A DNA stretch of 64,000 nt, from sequence record SRR31156797_3892. The stretch is one strand, 5' to 3'. The notes beneath the pieces were generated by a model. The model saw nothing but the letters and a program-made list of their open reading frames with translations. It made no database searches and was not told the DNA's origin. A program made the translations under genes and the position numbers. Below, piece by piece: positions 30,805 through 41,749 of the stretch (its first letter is position 1; each line of letters opens with the position of its first letter).

Positions 30805-32214
30805 TTAAAAGTGTCTATTATTTTTGCGCGATATCATTATAAAAGCCAATAGAAGTATTATAATCACAATTAGCCCTGATACAAATACAGTCGAAAATAT
30901 CCAGGTCAGGGAATTCAAAGTTTGAGCCTTTTTACTACTATTAATCAAAGCCTCACTATCTGCAGCATGATCTGCTTCATTTCTTAGCTCAGCTGGATTT
31001 TCATCCAATTCAACACTCAATTTTTGTTTCACTTCAGCATACAGGTCCAAATATTTAAAAGTTGAATCTTCCTCCTGGGTTTCACCAAAAAGTAAAACCA
31101 GGTGTTTATAATTCTCAGAGACCTCAAGGTTAAGTCCAGCATTTTTAGCAACATTTAAACTCATTCTATAGTAGGCCAGGGCATTTTGATGTTTATTTTG
31201 AAGCTGAAGGTTTTTTCCAATATACGTTAGTGCGTGAGCCTCTTGTCTCAGATCACCATTTTTATGTAAAATATTTAGACTCTGGATGTACATTTCATTT
31301 GCGCGCTGCAAATTTCCTTCAAATTCATAGGCCTTACCAATAAGAATAAGCGTACGAGCTTTCGCCCCTTCTAATCCTAATGAATCGCGTAGGTAAAGTG
31401 ATTCAAAAAGTACATCAAGTGCCTTCATATTATCACCTGTTTGGAGGTAGACAGCGCCTATATTTTTTAGTATTAATGCACGATCTGATGTCCATTGCAA
31501 CTCGTTCGATATGTCCAATGCTTGATAGTAACAATCCAATGAACTTTGAAAGCTGTTTTGTGTTTCATATATAGCACCAATATTAATAAGCAAAGTCATT
31601 TTAGCATTTTGCATACCAAAATGATCATTTAATTGCTTTGCCTTTTTATAGTAGACTAAAGCACTATCATAATTTCCAGATATATAATTGGAATTTCCAA
31701 TTCCAACTAAACATCTTATCTGACCAGCAGTATCGTTGAATTGTTTAAAGGAAAATAATGCTTTTCGGAATAAGATTCTTGCTTGAGCATATTGTGACAT
31801 TGCCTTACGCAATATACCAAAATTTGAATAAACAATAGCCAATTGCTGGTCATTATCAGTCGCTTCAGATAAATTGATTGACATATTATAGTTGGTAATC
31901 GCACTATCATATTGCTCCCTAAAATAGTAAACAGTGCCACGATTGAGATAAGCTCTTGCTAATAAACTCGTATCACTACTGTTTTTTGCAATACTTAATG
32001 CAGTATCACAAAGTAATTCTGCTAAATCAAGATTTACATATCTAATATCTAAATAATACTCATGGAGTGCTTCAAGTTGCTCTTCAACTGGTTTCCCGGT
32101 AATCAATGAATCAAGGATGTTTGAAGAATTTTGAGAACTTAGTTTTTGATTACCGATTAAAAATATGATAATCATCAAAAATACTATCCATATGTTTTGT
32201 CTTTTCTTAGTCAT
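30805..32214 (-). CDS. Periplasmic TPR-repeat protein with C-terminal membrane anchor and no output domain
   Basis: N-terminal signal/TM, about 7-8 TPR-like repeats, C-terminal TM then only ~8 residues. Confidence 0.75.
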   Translation of the reverse strand: MTKKRQNIWIVFLMIIIFLIGNQKLSSQNSSNILDSLITGKPVEEQLEALHEYYLDIRYVNLDLAELLCDTALSIAKNSSDTSLLARAYLNRGTVYYFREQYDSAITNYNMSINLSEATDNDQQLAIVYSNFGILRKAMSQYAQARILFRKALFSFKQFNDTAGQIRCLVGIGNSNYISGNYDSALVYYKKAKQLNDHFGMQNAKMTLLINIGAIYETQNSFQSSLDCYYQALDISNELQWTSDRALILKNIGAVYLQTGDNMKALDVLFESLYLRDSLGLEGAKARTLILIGKAYEFEGNLQRANEMYIQSLNILHKNGDLRQEAHALTYIGKNLQLQNKHQNALAYYRMSLNVAKNAGLNLEVSENYKHLVLLFGETQEEDSTFKYLDLYAEVKQKLSVELDENPAELRNEADHAADSEALINSSKKAQTLNSLTWIFSTVFVSGLIVIIILLLAFIMISRKNNRHF

Positions 32215-33361
32215 TTATGTCGCTCTCTGATTCACTACCAACAGTTATATAGGGTCTAATTTTTTCATAAAGTTCATCATATAACAAATCAATCTGCCTA
32301 AGTTCTGAAATATCATTAAAGCCTCCTGTGGCATCTTTCAGATTAAAAATCGCCTTAACCATATAGTATTCAAAATATGGATGTTTTAGAATTTCATTAA
32401 ATCTGACTCTATTCAAATTGAATTTTTTGATTGATTCATCTTTAATAATAACCTGGTTCTCAAACTTAAAATATCTTGCAGAGTCAATGCCAAAAACCTC
32501 AAGCAATTGGGATTTATCATAGAACCCGCCCAAATTATTACGATAGGCTACTATCTTTTTAGCATAGTAGGGTCCAATTCCATAAAGTTTTGTCAACTCA
32601 GCAGTGTCAGCAGAATTTATTTCTACTGTTGGCCTCACTTCCACCCGTGTATCGTTTTCCTTAATTATTTTTTCATTCAATTCTGTCGAATCAATTGCTG
32701 AGGGTAAAAGAATATATTTTTGAAGCACTTCATAATCTTTATTGGAAATACTATAAATTTTCCTGAAATCACCTTTGACCCTAAACTTTCCTCCTGCCTC
32801 TCTATATTTTAAAATATGAGTAACCTGCCTCTGATTCAATCCGATATCGCACAATACTGTCGAATCAACATCATTAGGATTAAAAGGTTTTGGCATTAAC
32901 TTTTGACCAACATTTTTAACATTATCCTGCTCTTCCGGTTTTGAAATTATGATGTAAGGCTCCAAAATTTCAAAGTCTTTATCTGTAATAGAATAAATCT
33001 TCTTAAAATTCTCCTTGGTGTAGAATCGGCCACCTGCATCCCGGTACTTTTCAATCATTTGTGCCTGGTATTCAGAAAGCCCAAGTTCCTGCATTTTTGA
33101 AAAGGAAATTATGTTGGGATCAAAGGGAAAAGGATCAGTAATTCCTTCAACCTCATCTTTCTGAACAACAGACTTACTGAACGCCTCAATCTCTATAAGG
33201 AAATCATCATCAGTAACAAAATCATCCTTGACAAAATATGGAAATAAAAAATTAGCCAATAAAATCAGTAAAATCAAAACAAGCATGATAATCAGGCCAG
33301 CCTGTTGTGACTTACTGAAAGAGAAATAATTAGCAATATTCCTGAAAAATTTTATCTGCAT
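32207..33361 (-). CDS. Helix-hairpin-helix repeat protein (ComEA-like), membrane anchored
   Basis: N-terminal TM; four HhH units (FDPN.., FNPN.., EINSAD..LYGIGP, NLN..). Confidence 0.85.
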   Translation of the reverse strand: MQIKFFRNIANYFSFSKSQQAGLIIMLVLILLILLANFLFPYFVKDDFVTDDDFLIEIEAFSKSVVQKDEVEGITDPFPFDPNIISFSKMQELGLSEYQAQMIEKYRDAGGRFYTKENFKKIYSITDKDFEILEPYIIISKPEEQDNVKNVGQKLMPKPFNPNDVDSTVLCDIGLNQRQVTHILKYREAGGKFRVKGDFRKIYSISNKDYEVLQKYILLPSAIDSTELNEKIIKENDTRVEVRPTVEINSADTAELTKLYGIGPYYAKKIVAYRNNLGGFYDKSQLLEVFGIDSARYFKFENQVIIKDESIKKFNLNRVRFNEILKHPYFEYYMVKAIFNLKDATGGFNDISELRQIDLLYDELYEKIRPYITVGSESESDIND

Positions 33362-33679
33362 TCATCCTACTTTTAAGAAAAATAATCAAAAGCCCTATGT
33401 AAAAGATTAGAATGTCATTTTATTAGACCTGCAAGTACAGGTACTATTGGTTAATTTAATCGATCTCTAGTTAAGTGGTATTAGTTGCAAAAATAATATT
33501 TGATGGATCAATTTTCCTTGACAACATATTTTAAATCCAAAATCTCATTACAAAATGTAATCAAATATTTTTACCAATTCAGCCTTGATGATCGATACCT
33601 TTTTGGTTTTCATAACAAAAAACGGAATTAATCGCCGCTTAAAATTAGTACCAAGTTCCTGATATGAACCAAGTTATAT

Positions 33680-33814
33680 TTAATTATCATTGTTTGAAGA
33701 TGAGTTCGGCTCAGAACTTTTGGGTTTTCGTATTATTCTAACAAAGAAATAGACCGTTAAAGTAATCACCGGTATCCAAACCAGACTCATTAATATTATT
33801 GCAGAAGTGTTCAT
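33680..33814 (-). CDS. Unannotated 44-aa single-TM protein, MetS-like small subunit candidate for the NSS transporter
   Basis: MNTSA...MSLVWIPVITLTVYFFVRIIRKPKSSEPNSSSNNDN*; starts 10 nt after the NSS stop codon. Confidence 0.65.
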   Translation of the reverse strand: MNTSAIILMSLVWIPVITLTVYFFVRIIRKPKSSEPNSSSNNDN

Positions 33815-33824
33815 TGATTAAATA

Positions 33825-35660
33825 TTAAGATTTTGATAACTGTTTTTTTCTTCGATGGGCTACAAACACCATAAAAGCAATTATGAGGAACACAATTGCC
33901 AATAAAAGTCTAGACATGTCAATATAAAAGATATTGTTAACAACATTTCCTGAATATAATGGATCGCCTGATTTAACGCTGTCTCCAATTGATACCATCA
34001 AAGTATCGTGCTTACCGAACCTATATTCTTTTCCCTCGCTCTTCGGTAATTCCGCCGGAGTGACACGAATATAATTTTTCTTCCGGAGTACAAATATGCT
34101 ATCTACCACACCTTCGCTTTCGGAATAAAAGTATTGTGCAAAGTATTCATCGTTAGGCCCAACCCCTTTGTGTTGCAATTGCCCTATAATACTTCCCGGA
34201 CTTACCTCCCATCCTTTGATACTAATTTTTGACCAATCATCATTAATCGGTGCAAACATCGATCCCAGGAAGATTAATATTAGTGCAACGGGAGTAACAT
34301 ACCTGAGTAGAAATTTAAAAAATATCGGTATTTTAATATCAGCTCCGCGGCTAATTTCTTCCCATCCACGATTTACCCCAAAAAACCATGCAAATAAAAT
34401 GGCTTCAAGCATGGCAAACACAACAAGGGAGACTGTACCAGCCCAATAATCATATTCATCGAAAACACCCTTTTGAAAGAAAAACACCGTTGGCAACCCA
34501 AGCACCAGAACACTAAAACCGAAGGTAAGTGCTGCCCTGCCCCGAGGCCATTTAAATTCATCACGCAGGAAACCCATAACCGGTGTACCCATAGCAAGGG
34601 AAGAGGTAATACCAGCTATAAATAGCAGCCCAAAAAATGCCATCCCGGCCAGCGCAGAAAGGATTACACCCCATTGCTCAAATAAAAAGGGCATCGTTTG
34701 GAATGCCAATCCCAGTCCGCCAAGATTTGTTATTTCAATCACCCTGTCAATGCCAAGATATCCAACAGAGATTGGAATAATGATTGAGCTCCCTAAAACA
34801 ATTTCCACAAATTCGTTGGTAAATCCCGCCGACAATGCATTCAGAGAAATATCATCTTTTTCCTTCAGGTAGGATGCATAACACTGGATGGTTCCCATAC
34901 CGACAGAAAGCGTAAAAAATACCTGTCCGGCTGCAGCCATCCATACCTTTGGATTGCCCAGAGAATCAAATTTGGGGGTCCATAAAAAATTGAGCCCCTC
35001 TATACCATCCCACACGGCACCGAGATTACCACTCTTCATGGTTATGCCACGGTAAGCCAGAAAAATCCCAAAAACGATCAACAGCGGAACACCAACCTTG
35101 GCAGCCCTTTCAATACCACCTTTTAGGCCTCTGCTTAATATCCATGTGTTCAGCACCAGGCAAAGCAGAAAGAATATAATGGCTTCAAATGGAATACCAG
35201 TTGTAGATGTTGTTACATCAAGATAATTCTCAAAAAAGCCTGCCACCTGAAACTGATTTAATCCATCAAAAGTGCCCACCAGTGAATGATAGACATATGA
35301 CATGGTCCAGCTTTCCAGATAGCAATAGTACGATGCTATGGCAATATTTGAGAATACTCCGAAAACACCAATATATTTCCAGATCATTTTTTTGTTCATG
35401 CTCCCCATTATAAAGGGGGTTGAGTGGTATCCAAATTTTCCACCAAACCGGCCGGTTGACCACTCAATTAATAGGAGAGGCAAACCCAAAACGACCAGAC
35501 TCACTAAATATGGAATGATAAATGCTCCACCACCGTTCTGGATGGCCTGAACAGGAAATCTTAAAAAATTCCCGAAACCAACCGCATTACCGGCCATGGC
35601 GAGAACAAGTCCGACACGCGACCCCCAGGCTTCAGTTTTTCTTTGTTTTAGACTACTCAT
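33825..35660 (-). CDS. Sodium-dependent amino-acid transporter, NSS (LeuT-like) family
   Basis: WGSRVGLVLAMAGNAVGFGNFLRFP, NGGGAFIIPY, GQVFFTLSVG, AGITSS. Confidence 0.93.
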   Translation of the reverse strand: MSSLKQRKTEAWGSRVGLVLAMAGNAVGFGNFLRFPVQAIQNGGGAFIIPYLVSLVVLGLPLLLIEWSTGRFGGKFGYHSTPFIMGSMNKKMIWKYIGVFGVFSNIAIASYYCYLESWTMSYVYHSLVGTFDGLNQFQVAGFFENYLDVTTSTTGIPFEAIIFFLLCLVLNTWILSRGLKGGIERAAKVGVPLLIVFGIFLAYRGITMKSGNLGAVWDGIEGLNFLWTPKFDSLGNPKVWMAAAGQVFFTLSVGMGTIQCYASYLKEKDDISLNALSAGFTNEFVEIVLGSSIIIPISVGYLGIDRVIEITNLGGLGLAFQTMPFLFEQWGVILSALAGMAFFGLLFIAGITSSLAMGTPVMGFLRDEFKWPRGRAALTFGFSVLVLGLPTVFFFQKGVFDEYDYWAGTVSLVVFAMLEAILFAWFFGVNRGWEEISRGADIKIPIFFKFLLRYVTPVALILIFLGSMFAPINDDWSKISIKGWEVSPGSIIGQLQHKGVGPNDEYFAQYFYSESEGVVDSIFVLRKKNYIRVTPAELPKSEGKEYRFGKHDTLMVSIGDSVKSGDPLYSGNVVNNIFYIDMSRLLLAIVFLIIAFMVFVAHRRKKQLSKS

Positions 35661-36045
35661 TGCGATTTTATTAGTTATCTACGCATAAATTACACTTTAA
35701 TCTCAAGGGTAAAAGCAACCTTAATTTCTAAAAATTTCAATTATTTGTTATTAACAACCAATCTTATCCCTCTTCAAAAATTATGTAAAAGAACTACCAG
35801 AAAACACCCGGACAAAATGTAGATCAGATGGTAATTACAATATTTTTTAACTAAAATCACCTGTATTTAAAACCGAGATTCATCTTAGTGAATCAATTCA
35901 TGAATTAAGTGATTATCTCATTGCAATGATACAAATTTTGGCTGTTAGAAAGCATCGATACACTTAAATTACTACCAAAAATCAAATCAGTATTTATTTA
36001 CAAAAACTTTTTCTTTACAAAAATTTACTATGCATTTAATGGGCT

Positions 36046-36069
36046 AAACCATGTCAGTTACGAACTGTT
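36046..36069 (+). promoter_or_regulatory. Putative ECF-sigma promoter AAAC-N16-TGTT
   Basis: 23 nt upstream of the DoxX start; same motif at 11989 (-) and 41750. Confidence 0.4.
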
Positions 36070-36092
36070 TACTCAATAAATAATCTACACAC

Positions 36093-36590
36093 ATGAATGC
36101 ATTTAAATCAACCTTCAGAGGCAGTTTATTTCATAAAACAGATATCGCCGTTACGAAATGGATGTCCAACAATGGTTTAGCTTTCCTCAGGATCAGTATT
36201 GGCATTATTTTTCTTTGGTTTGGTGGCTTAAAATTTTTTGCAGGGGCGAGCCCTGCTGAAGCGTTAGCCATAAAAACCATCAATTCAATGACTTTTGGAA
36301 TATTGACCCCTGTAACTATTATCATTTCCCTGGCCATTCTTGAAACGATCATTGGAATAGGCCTCATTTTCAAACTCTTCCTCCGCGAAACTCTGCTATT
36401 GCTTTTCCTGCAGATGATCGGGACTTTTACTCCTGTATTCCTTTTTCCGGATGAAGTATTCACAAGATTTCCATTTGCACTAACACTGGAAGGTCAGTAC
36501 ATTATTAAAAACCTGGTAATTTTTAGTGCTGCGATTGTTATTGGAGCCACTGTAAGGGGAGGAAAAATTATTCCTGAAAGTGAGGAATAA
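36093..36590 (+). CDS. DoxX family membrane protein
   Basis: LRISIGIIFLWFGGLKF, SPAE, GQYIIKNLV. Confidence 0.85.
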   Translation: MNAFKSTFRGSLFHKTDIAVTKWMSNNGLAFLRISIGIIFLWFGGLKFFAGASPAEALAIKTINSMTFGILTPVTIIISLAILETIIGIGLIFKLFLRETLLLLFLQMIGTFTPVFLFPDEVFTRFPFALTLEGQYIIKNLVIFSAAIVIGATVRGGKIIPESEE

Positions 36591-36612
36591 AGTTTTTACT
36601 TTCAATGGACAA

Positions 36613-38259
36613 TTATTTGTAAGCCTTTATAGATCCGGATTTCAACCTTTCCCAATAGTTATTTAAATCACGTTTCACCTCTGGTGCCAAAATCACCAGA
36701 CCAATCATATTGGGGAATGCCATGCACAGCACCATCATATCAGAAAAGTCCATTACAGATCCCAGAGATGATGAAGCGCCAATTACTATAGCAGATAAAA
36801 AGAAGAGTTGGTAAATTGTATCTGAAACCCGCCTGGTTTTAAACAGCTTTTGACTATATCCGCCAAAGAGGTAATCGAACCCTTTTTGCCCATAATATGA
36901 CCATGAAATCAGTGTGGAAAATGCAAACATCGTAACTGCGAGCAAAAGCAAATAAGGAAACCATGGAAATACCTTTCCAAATGCTGCTGATGTAAGTTCT
37001 ACACCCTCAAAGCCTTGTGTATTTTCAGCAAAACCAGTAAAAATGATCACCAGTGCTGTCATCGTGCAAATGACAACAGTATCTACAAAAGGCTCCAATA
37101 ATGCTACGATTCCTTCACTCACCGGTTCATTTGTTTTTGCTACAGAGTGCGCAATAGATGCTGACCCTACACCAGCTTCGTTGCTAAATGCTCCACGTTG
37201 GAATCCAAAAATTAACACACCTATAAAACCACCTTTCATTGCATCTGCTGAAAATGCACCATCCCAAATCAAAGCAAAAGCATGGCCTGTATTGTCGATA
37301 TTCATGCCGATAATAACAAGTGCTGTCCCTACATATAAAAGAGCCATCACAGGTACAATCTTTGAGGTAACCCTGGCAATGCTCCTAATTCCACCAATGA
37401 TCACAATCCCAACCAGAATGGCCATCACAAGGCCATACCAGAATCCATGATTTTCCATGAAAGGAAAAAATGTTTCGAACTGCTTGAACGCCTGGTTAGA
37501 CTGAAGCATGTTGCCACCACCGACTGAGCCGCCAATAACAAGAACAGCAAAAGTTACGGCAAGGATATGCCCAAGCACTCCCAAGTTTCTTTTTTTCAGG
37601 CCATCACGCAAATAATACATGGCACCTCCGGAAACCTGTCCTTTTGCGTTGATTTTTCTGTATTTCACACCAAGCGTACATTCGGCAAATTTTGAGGACA
37701 TTCCAAGCAATCCTGCTAAAATCATCCATAACGTTGCACCCGGACCACCAATGGCTACCGCAATAGCAACGCCGGCTATATTTCCCAAACCTACCGTTGC
37801 CGAAAGCGCTGTGGTGAGTGCCTGAAAATGTGATACCTCTCCCCCACTCCCGGGTTTATCATATTTGCCACGAATCAAACTTATCGAATGTTTAAACCCC
37901 CTGACATTGATAAAACGCATAAAAATGGTGAAAAATAATCCGCCAAAAATTAACCAAACCACGATGAGCTTTAAGGGAGCCCTCACTTCTTCTCCCTCCT
38001 GATCAATAACAGGATGGCCTTTTTCGTCTCTGACTACCTGATCGTAAACGCCGGTAGCAGCAAACGGATCCCAAAAGAGAACCTCTGCCAGGGCATCCAC
38101 AAAGGGCGTAAAAAAACTGTCAATTTGCTGACTAATTGTAACCTCTGTGGTATCAGCCTGTTGCTTCCCAATTATTGTTTTATCTGAAGATTCAGCAACC
38201 AGATTTATTGAGATCAGCAGTAAAAGAAAAAAAGTTATATGTCGAAAAACACTACGCAT
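36613..38259 (-). CDS. Alanine/glycine:cation symporter (AGCS) with N-terminal extension
   Basis: [52 protein letters not shown]. Confidence 0.93.
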   Translation of the reverse strand: MRSVFRHITFFLLLLISINLVAESSDKTIIGKQQADTTEVTISQQIDSFFTPFVDALAEVLFWDPFAATGVYDQVVRDEKGHPVIDQEGEEVRAPLKLIVVWLIFGGLFFTIFMRFINVRGFKHSISLIRGKYDKPGSGGEVSHFQALTTALSATVGLGNIAGVAIAVAIGGPGATLWMILAGLLGMSSKFAECTLGVKYRKINAKGQVSGGAMYYLRDGLKKRNLGVLGHILAVTFAVLVIGGSVGGGNMLQSNQAFKQFETFFPFMENHGFWYGLVMAILVGIVIIGGIRSIARVTSKIVPVMALLYVGTALVIIGMNIDNTGHAFALIWDGAFSADAMKGGFIGVLIFGFQRGAFSNEAGVGSASIAHSVAKTNEPVSEGIVALLEPFVDTVVICTMTALVIIFTGFAENTQGFEGVELTSAAFGKVFPWFPYLLLLAVTMFAFSTLISWSYYGQKGFDYLFGGYSQKLFKTRRVSDTIYQLFFLSAIVIGASSSLGSVMDFSDMMVLCMAFPNMIGLVILAPEVKRDLNNYWERLKSGSIKAYK

Positions 38260-39682
38260 CCTTTGTAAGACTACCGGATTTCTCAGCTTTATGCTTTTTC
38301 ATGGCCGCAAAATATTTCCTTGTTTCACTCACCACAACCGGCGAAAGTAAAAGCAACGCAATGAGATTTGGAATCGTCATAAAAGTGATGACCATATCTA
38401 CGAAGTGCCAAACAATGTCTATTCCCCAAACTGAACCCAGGAAAACAAATAATCCATACACATAATAATATGGTTTGATAACCTTTTCTCCCCAAAGATA
38501 ATTGGCAGCCCTTGTTCCGTAATACGACCAGCTGATCACCGTTGAAAAAGCAAACAACATCAGTCCGACAGCTATGATATGTGGTCCCATATAGTGCAGG
38601 CCAACCTCACCCAGCCCAATCTCCATGGCACGAATTGTCATACTCACACCTTTTTCCACCCCTTCCTCGTTCCATGCTCCGGTGATGATGATCATTAAAG
38701 CTGTGAGCGTACAAATAATCAAAGTATCAACAAGTGGCTCCAACGAAGCCACCAAACCTTCACGTGCCGGATATTCTGTTCTTGCAGCGGCATGTGCAAT
38801 GGGTGCTGAGCCCTGGCCTGCTTCATTTGAAAACAAACCCCGACGAACTCCCCATATCAGTGTCATAATAAATGTTGAACCAACAAATCCACCGGCAGCT
38901 GCTGTTCCGGTAAACGCATCTGTTACAATCATTGATAATGCTCCAGGAATTTGTCCAGCATTTAACGCAAGGATGGTTACAGCAGCACCAACATATAGCA
39001 CAGCCATAAAAGGAACAAGCTTGGAGGTCACTTCCGCAATCCTTTTAAGGCCCCCAACCACAATTAATAAAACGAGAGCAGTTGTAGCCAGACCTGTCCA
39101 CAAAACCGGAATCCCATAGCTCGTATTGAGCGCATCAGCCATCGAATTGGCCTGGGCCATATTCCCTGTTCCTAAAGAACATAGAATTGCAGCAATTGCG
39201 AAAACTGTTGCTAATACTTTCGCAAAACCACCCAGTTTATTCTTAAGTCCATGCTCCATGTAATACATCGGCCCGCCTGAAACTGTGCCATCAGAATTGA
39301 ATTTTCTGTACTTATGCGACAAGGTACACTCTGTGTATTTAAGGATCATTCCCAAAAAACCTGTAATCCACATCCAGAAGATTGCTCCCGGACCACCCAG
39401 GTAAATGGCCAGTGCCACACCAACAATATTTCCTGTTCCAACTGTAGCTGAAAGCGCCGTTGTTAACGCTTTAAAATGATTTACATCACCTTTATCTCCT
39501 TTCTTATCATACTTTCCGGCAACAATCTTAAAAGAGTGCCCAAGTTTGGTGACATTTAAAAAATTAAGCCTGAACAGGAAATACAAGCCTGTAGGGATCA
39601 ACATGAACAATACGGCATACCCGCCAACGTATTCATTGTATGATACGATCAGGTGATCGATGAAATCGACGATGAAATTCAT
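38252..39682 (-). CDS. Alanine/glycine:cation symporter (AGCS), second paralog
   Basis: [41 protein letters not shown] at 39682 (TTG at 39688 is an alternative). Confidence 0.93.
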   Translation of the reverse strand: MNFIVDFIDHLIVSYNEYVGGYAVLFMLIPTGLYFLFRLNFLNVTKLGHSFKIVAGKYDKKGDKGDVNHFKALTTALSATVGTGNIVGVALAIYLGGPGAIFWMWITGFLGMILKYTECTLSHKYRKFNSDGTVSGGPMYYMEHGLKNKLGGFAKVLATVFAIAAILCSLGTGNMAQANSMADALNTSYGIPVLWTGLATTALVLLIVVGGLKRIAEVTSKLVPFMAVLYVGAAVTILALNAGQIPGALSMIVTDAFTGTAAAGGFVGSTFIMTLIWGVRRGLFSNEAGQGSAPIAHAAARTEYPAREGLVASLEPLVDTLIICTLTALMIIITGAWNEEGVEKGVSMTIRAMEIGLGEVGLHYMGPHIIAVGLMLFAFSTVISWSYYGTRAANYLWGEKVIKPYYYVYGLFVFLGSVWGIDIVWHFVDMVITFMTIPNLIALLLLSPVVVSETRKYFAAMKKHKAEKSGSLTKDA

Positions 39683-39962
39683 ATACAAATTTGATTAGTG
39701 AAATTGAGAAGGGACTGGAAGCTGCCTGAAGAATTCAAATCCGGTGTTAATAGCATGGATAGTGGTATGAACGGAAACATGTGGAACAGTACCCTGGAAA
39801 TATCCATCAGTTGATTTGTTAGTTTTTGTAATCCAACAAAAATGTAAAAACTTTTTAATCTGACAAAAAAATGATGACAGTATAGAATTGTTATACGCAA
39901 TTTTGCCGGCCAGCACAAAATCCTTTCTTTTGTACGTATTTAGCTGATCTTACAAAATCGAC

Positions 39963-40982
39963 ATGCAAATAATTGAAAATCATCCACTAAAAGGCCTTAA
40001 CACTTTTGGCATTGATGTCACGGCGAAATTTTTTATTGAATTCAAATCCACTTCAAAATTGGTCGATTTTGTTCAACACGAATTAAAGAGATTTGATAGG
40101 AATATGGTCCTGAATGGTGGAAGTAATATTTTGTTTACCAGGGATTATGATGGGTTGGTGATGAAAATTTCCACATCAGGAATGCATGTTTTGCACGAAG
40201 ATGATAAACATGTGGAACTAAAAGTGGAAGCCGGACAAAACTGGGATGCATTTTTATTGGCAGGTCTGGAAAAGGGTTATTACGGATTGGAGAATTTATC
40301 GATGATCCCGGGAAATGTGGGCGCTGCTCCCATGCAAAATATTGGCGCCTATGGTGTAGAACAAAAGGATTTTTTTGTCAGCCTGGAGGCTGTGAACCTG
40401 TCAACAGGTAAAATAGAACCCTTCAATAAAAGTGATTGCCGTTTTGGCTATCGCGAAAGCATTTTTAAAAACACCCACAAGCATCAATACATCATAATAT
40501 CAGCAACTTACAGGCTAAATAAAAATCCGGAAATCAATATTGAATATGGCGCAATAAAAAGTGAACTTGCCAAAATGGCCGTAATTGATAAGCCTCATCC
40601 ACTGGATGTTTCTCAAGCAATACGAAATATCAGAAACAGCAAGCTGCCTGACCCGGAAAAGCTTGGCAATGCCGGAAGCTTCTTCAAAAACCCCGTGGTT
40701 GATGAAAAGAAATACCAGGAACTGAAGGCATATTTTCCCGGTATAGTTGCTTTTGCTCAGGTTGATGGAAAGTATAAAGTTGCCGCCGGCTGGCTGATTG
40801 ATCATTTGGGATGGAGAGGAAAACGAGTTGGTCATGCAGGCGTTTGCGAAAGCCAGGCTCTGGTGCTGGTAAATCATGGTGATGCCACAGGAAATCAGAT
40901 TCTGGGTCTGGCCAGGGAAATCCAGAAATCTGTACAGGATAAATTCGGTATTCAGCTCCAGCCTGAGGTAAATATCATTTAA
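39963..40982 (+). CDS. murB: UDP-N-acetylenolpyruvoylglucosamine reductase
   Basis: NTFGI, GGSNILF, GLENLSMIPG, QNIGAYG, GNAGSFFKNP, QALVLVN. Confidence 0.96.
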   Translation: MQIIENHPLKGLNTFGIDVTAKFFIEFKSTSKLVDFVQHELKRFDRNMVLNGGSNILFTRDYDGLVMKISTSGMHVLHEDDKHVELKVEAGQNWDAFLLAGLEKGYYGLENLSMIPGNVGAAPMQNIGAYGVEQKDFFVSLEAVNLSTGKIEPFNKSDCRFGYRESIFKNTHKHQYIIISATYRLNKNPEINIEYGAIKSELAKMAVIDKPHPLDVSQAIRNIRNSKLPDPEKLGNAGSFFKNPVVDEKKYQELKAYFPGIVAFAQVDGKYKVAAGWLIDHLGWRGKRVGHAGVCESQALVLVNHGDATGNQILGLAREIQKSVQDKFGIQLQPEVNII

Positions 40983-41009
40983 ATATTTCCAAACATTGTG
41001 TAACATCAT

Positions 41010-41041
41010 TTTGAATTCGTCCGGTCATGATGCTATATTTG
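41010..41041 (+). promoter_or_regulatory. Bacteroidota housekeeping promoter
   Basis: TTTG-N20-TATATTTG. Confidence 0.6.
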
Positions 41042-41058
41042 TTTGCTTAATCTGCGCA

Positions 41059-41376
41059 TTGAAAGCAAAATTAAAACATACCGCACGCCTGATGTATCAA
41101 AACCTGGAGCTGATTTCATGGGTTGCTGTATTTATTTTACTTTTATTACCCATGCCGGCTGAACCTCATTTCACACTCTGCCCATTACAAAATATGGGTT
41201 TTGAATATTGTCCGGGCTGTGGGCTTGGCCGTTCATGCAACATGGCACTCCACGGAAACATTTTAGGCTCATTAAGCATGCATCCGTTTGGTATCTTCGC
41301 CATTTTACTTATTTTGCACAGAATTTATTCACTTTCCATTTTTCATATTAACCATTTTAAAACAAAAGCTTTATGA
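41059..41376 (+). CDS. DUF2752 domain membrane protein (start TTG 41059 or ATG 41092)
   Basis: TLCPL..GFEYCPGCGLGRS, HPFG. Confidence 0.82.
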   Translation: MKAKLKHTARLMYQNLELISWVAVFILLLLPMPAEPHFTLCPLQNMGFEYCPGCGLGRSCNMALHGNILGSLSMHPFGIFAILLILHRIYSLSIFHINHFKTKAL

Positions 41377-41720
41377 ACAGAACACTGAGGTATGTGCCCG
41401 AAGCAAAGGGAAATGAACTCTATTTCCTGGATGATGTAACCAAACAATTTGACGACAATGAGATGATGGATTTTGCCAATGTTTACCGTTCGCGCCGTCG
41501 CGATCCACAACTCATCTTAATAACAACACTCCTGGGATTTGTACTCGTAGCCGGGGTTCAGCGATTTCTCACAAATAACATCGGGCTGGGAATTTTATAT
41601 GTTTTTACAGCCGGGCTTTGTTTCATCGGGACCATAGTAGATGCTGTAAATTACGAAAACATTGCTTTCGACTACAATCGGCGTGTTGCTGAAGAAACTG
41701 CTGCCATTATCAGAAGGTAG
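41373..41720 (+). CDS. TM2 domain protein
   Basis: LLGF...GVQRF...IGLGILYVFTAGLCFIGTIVD; overlaps the DUF2752 gene. Confidence 0.85.
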   Translation: MNRTLRYVPEAKGNELYFLDDVTKQFDDNEMMDFANVYRSRRRDPQLILITTLLGFVLVAGVQRFLTNNIGLGILYVFTAGLCFIGTIVDAVNYENIAFDYNRRVAEETAAIIRR

Positions 41721-41749
41721 TCTTGTTGTGATCATCAGGCACATCTCAT

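Noticed and set aside
39690..39900. Glycine riboswitch upstream of the AGCS symporters
   Set aside because: No recognisable GGAGA..CCGAAG..CTCTCAGG aptamer motifs on the minus strand; an Rfam scan would be decisive
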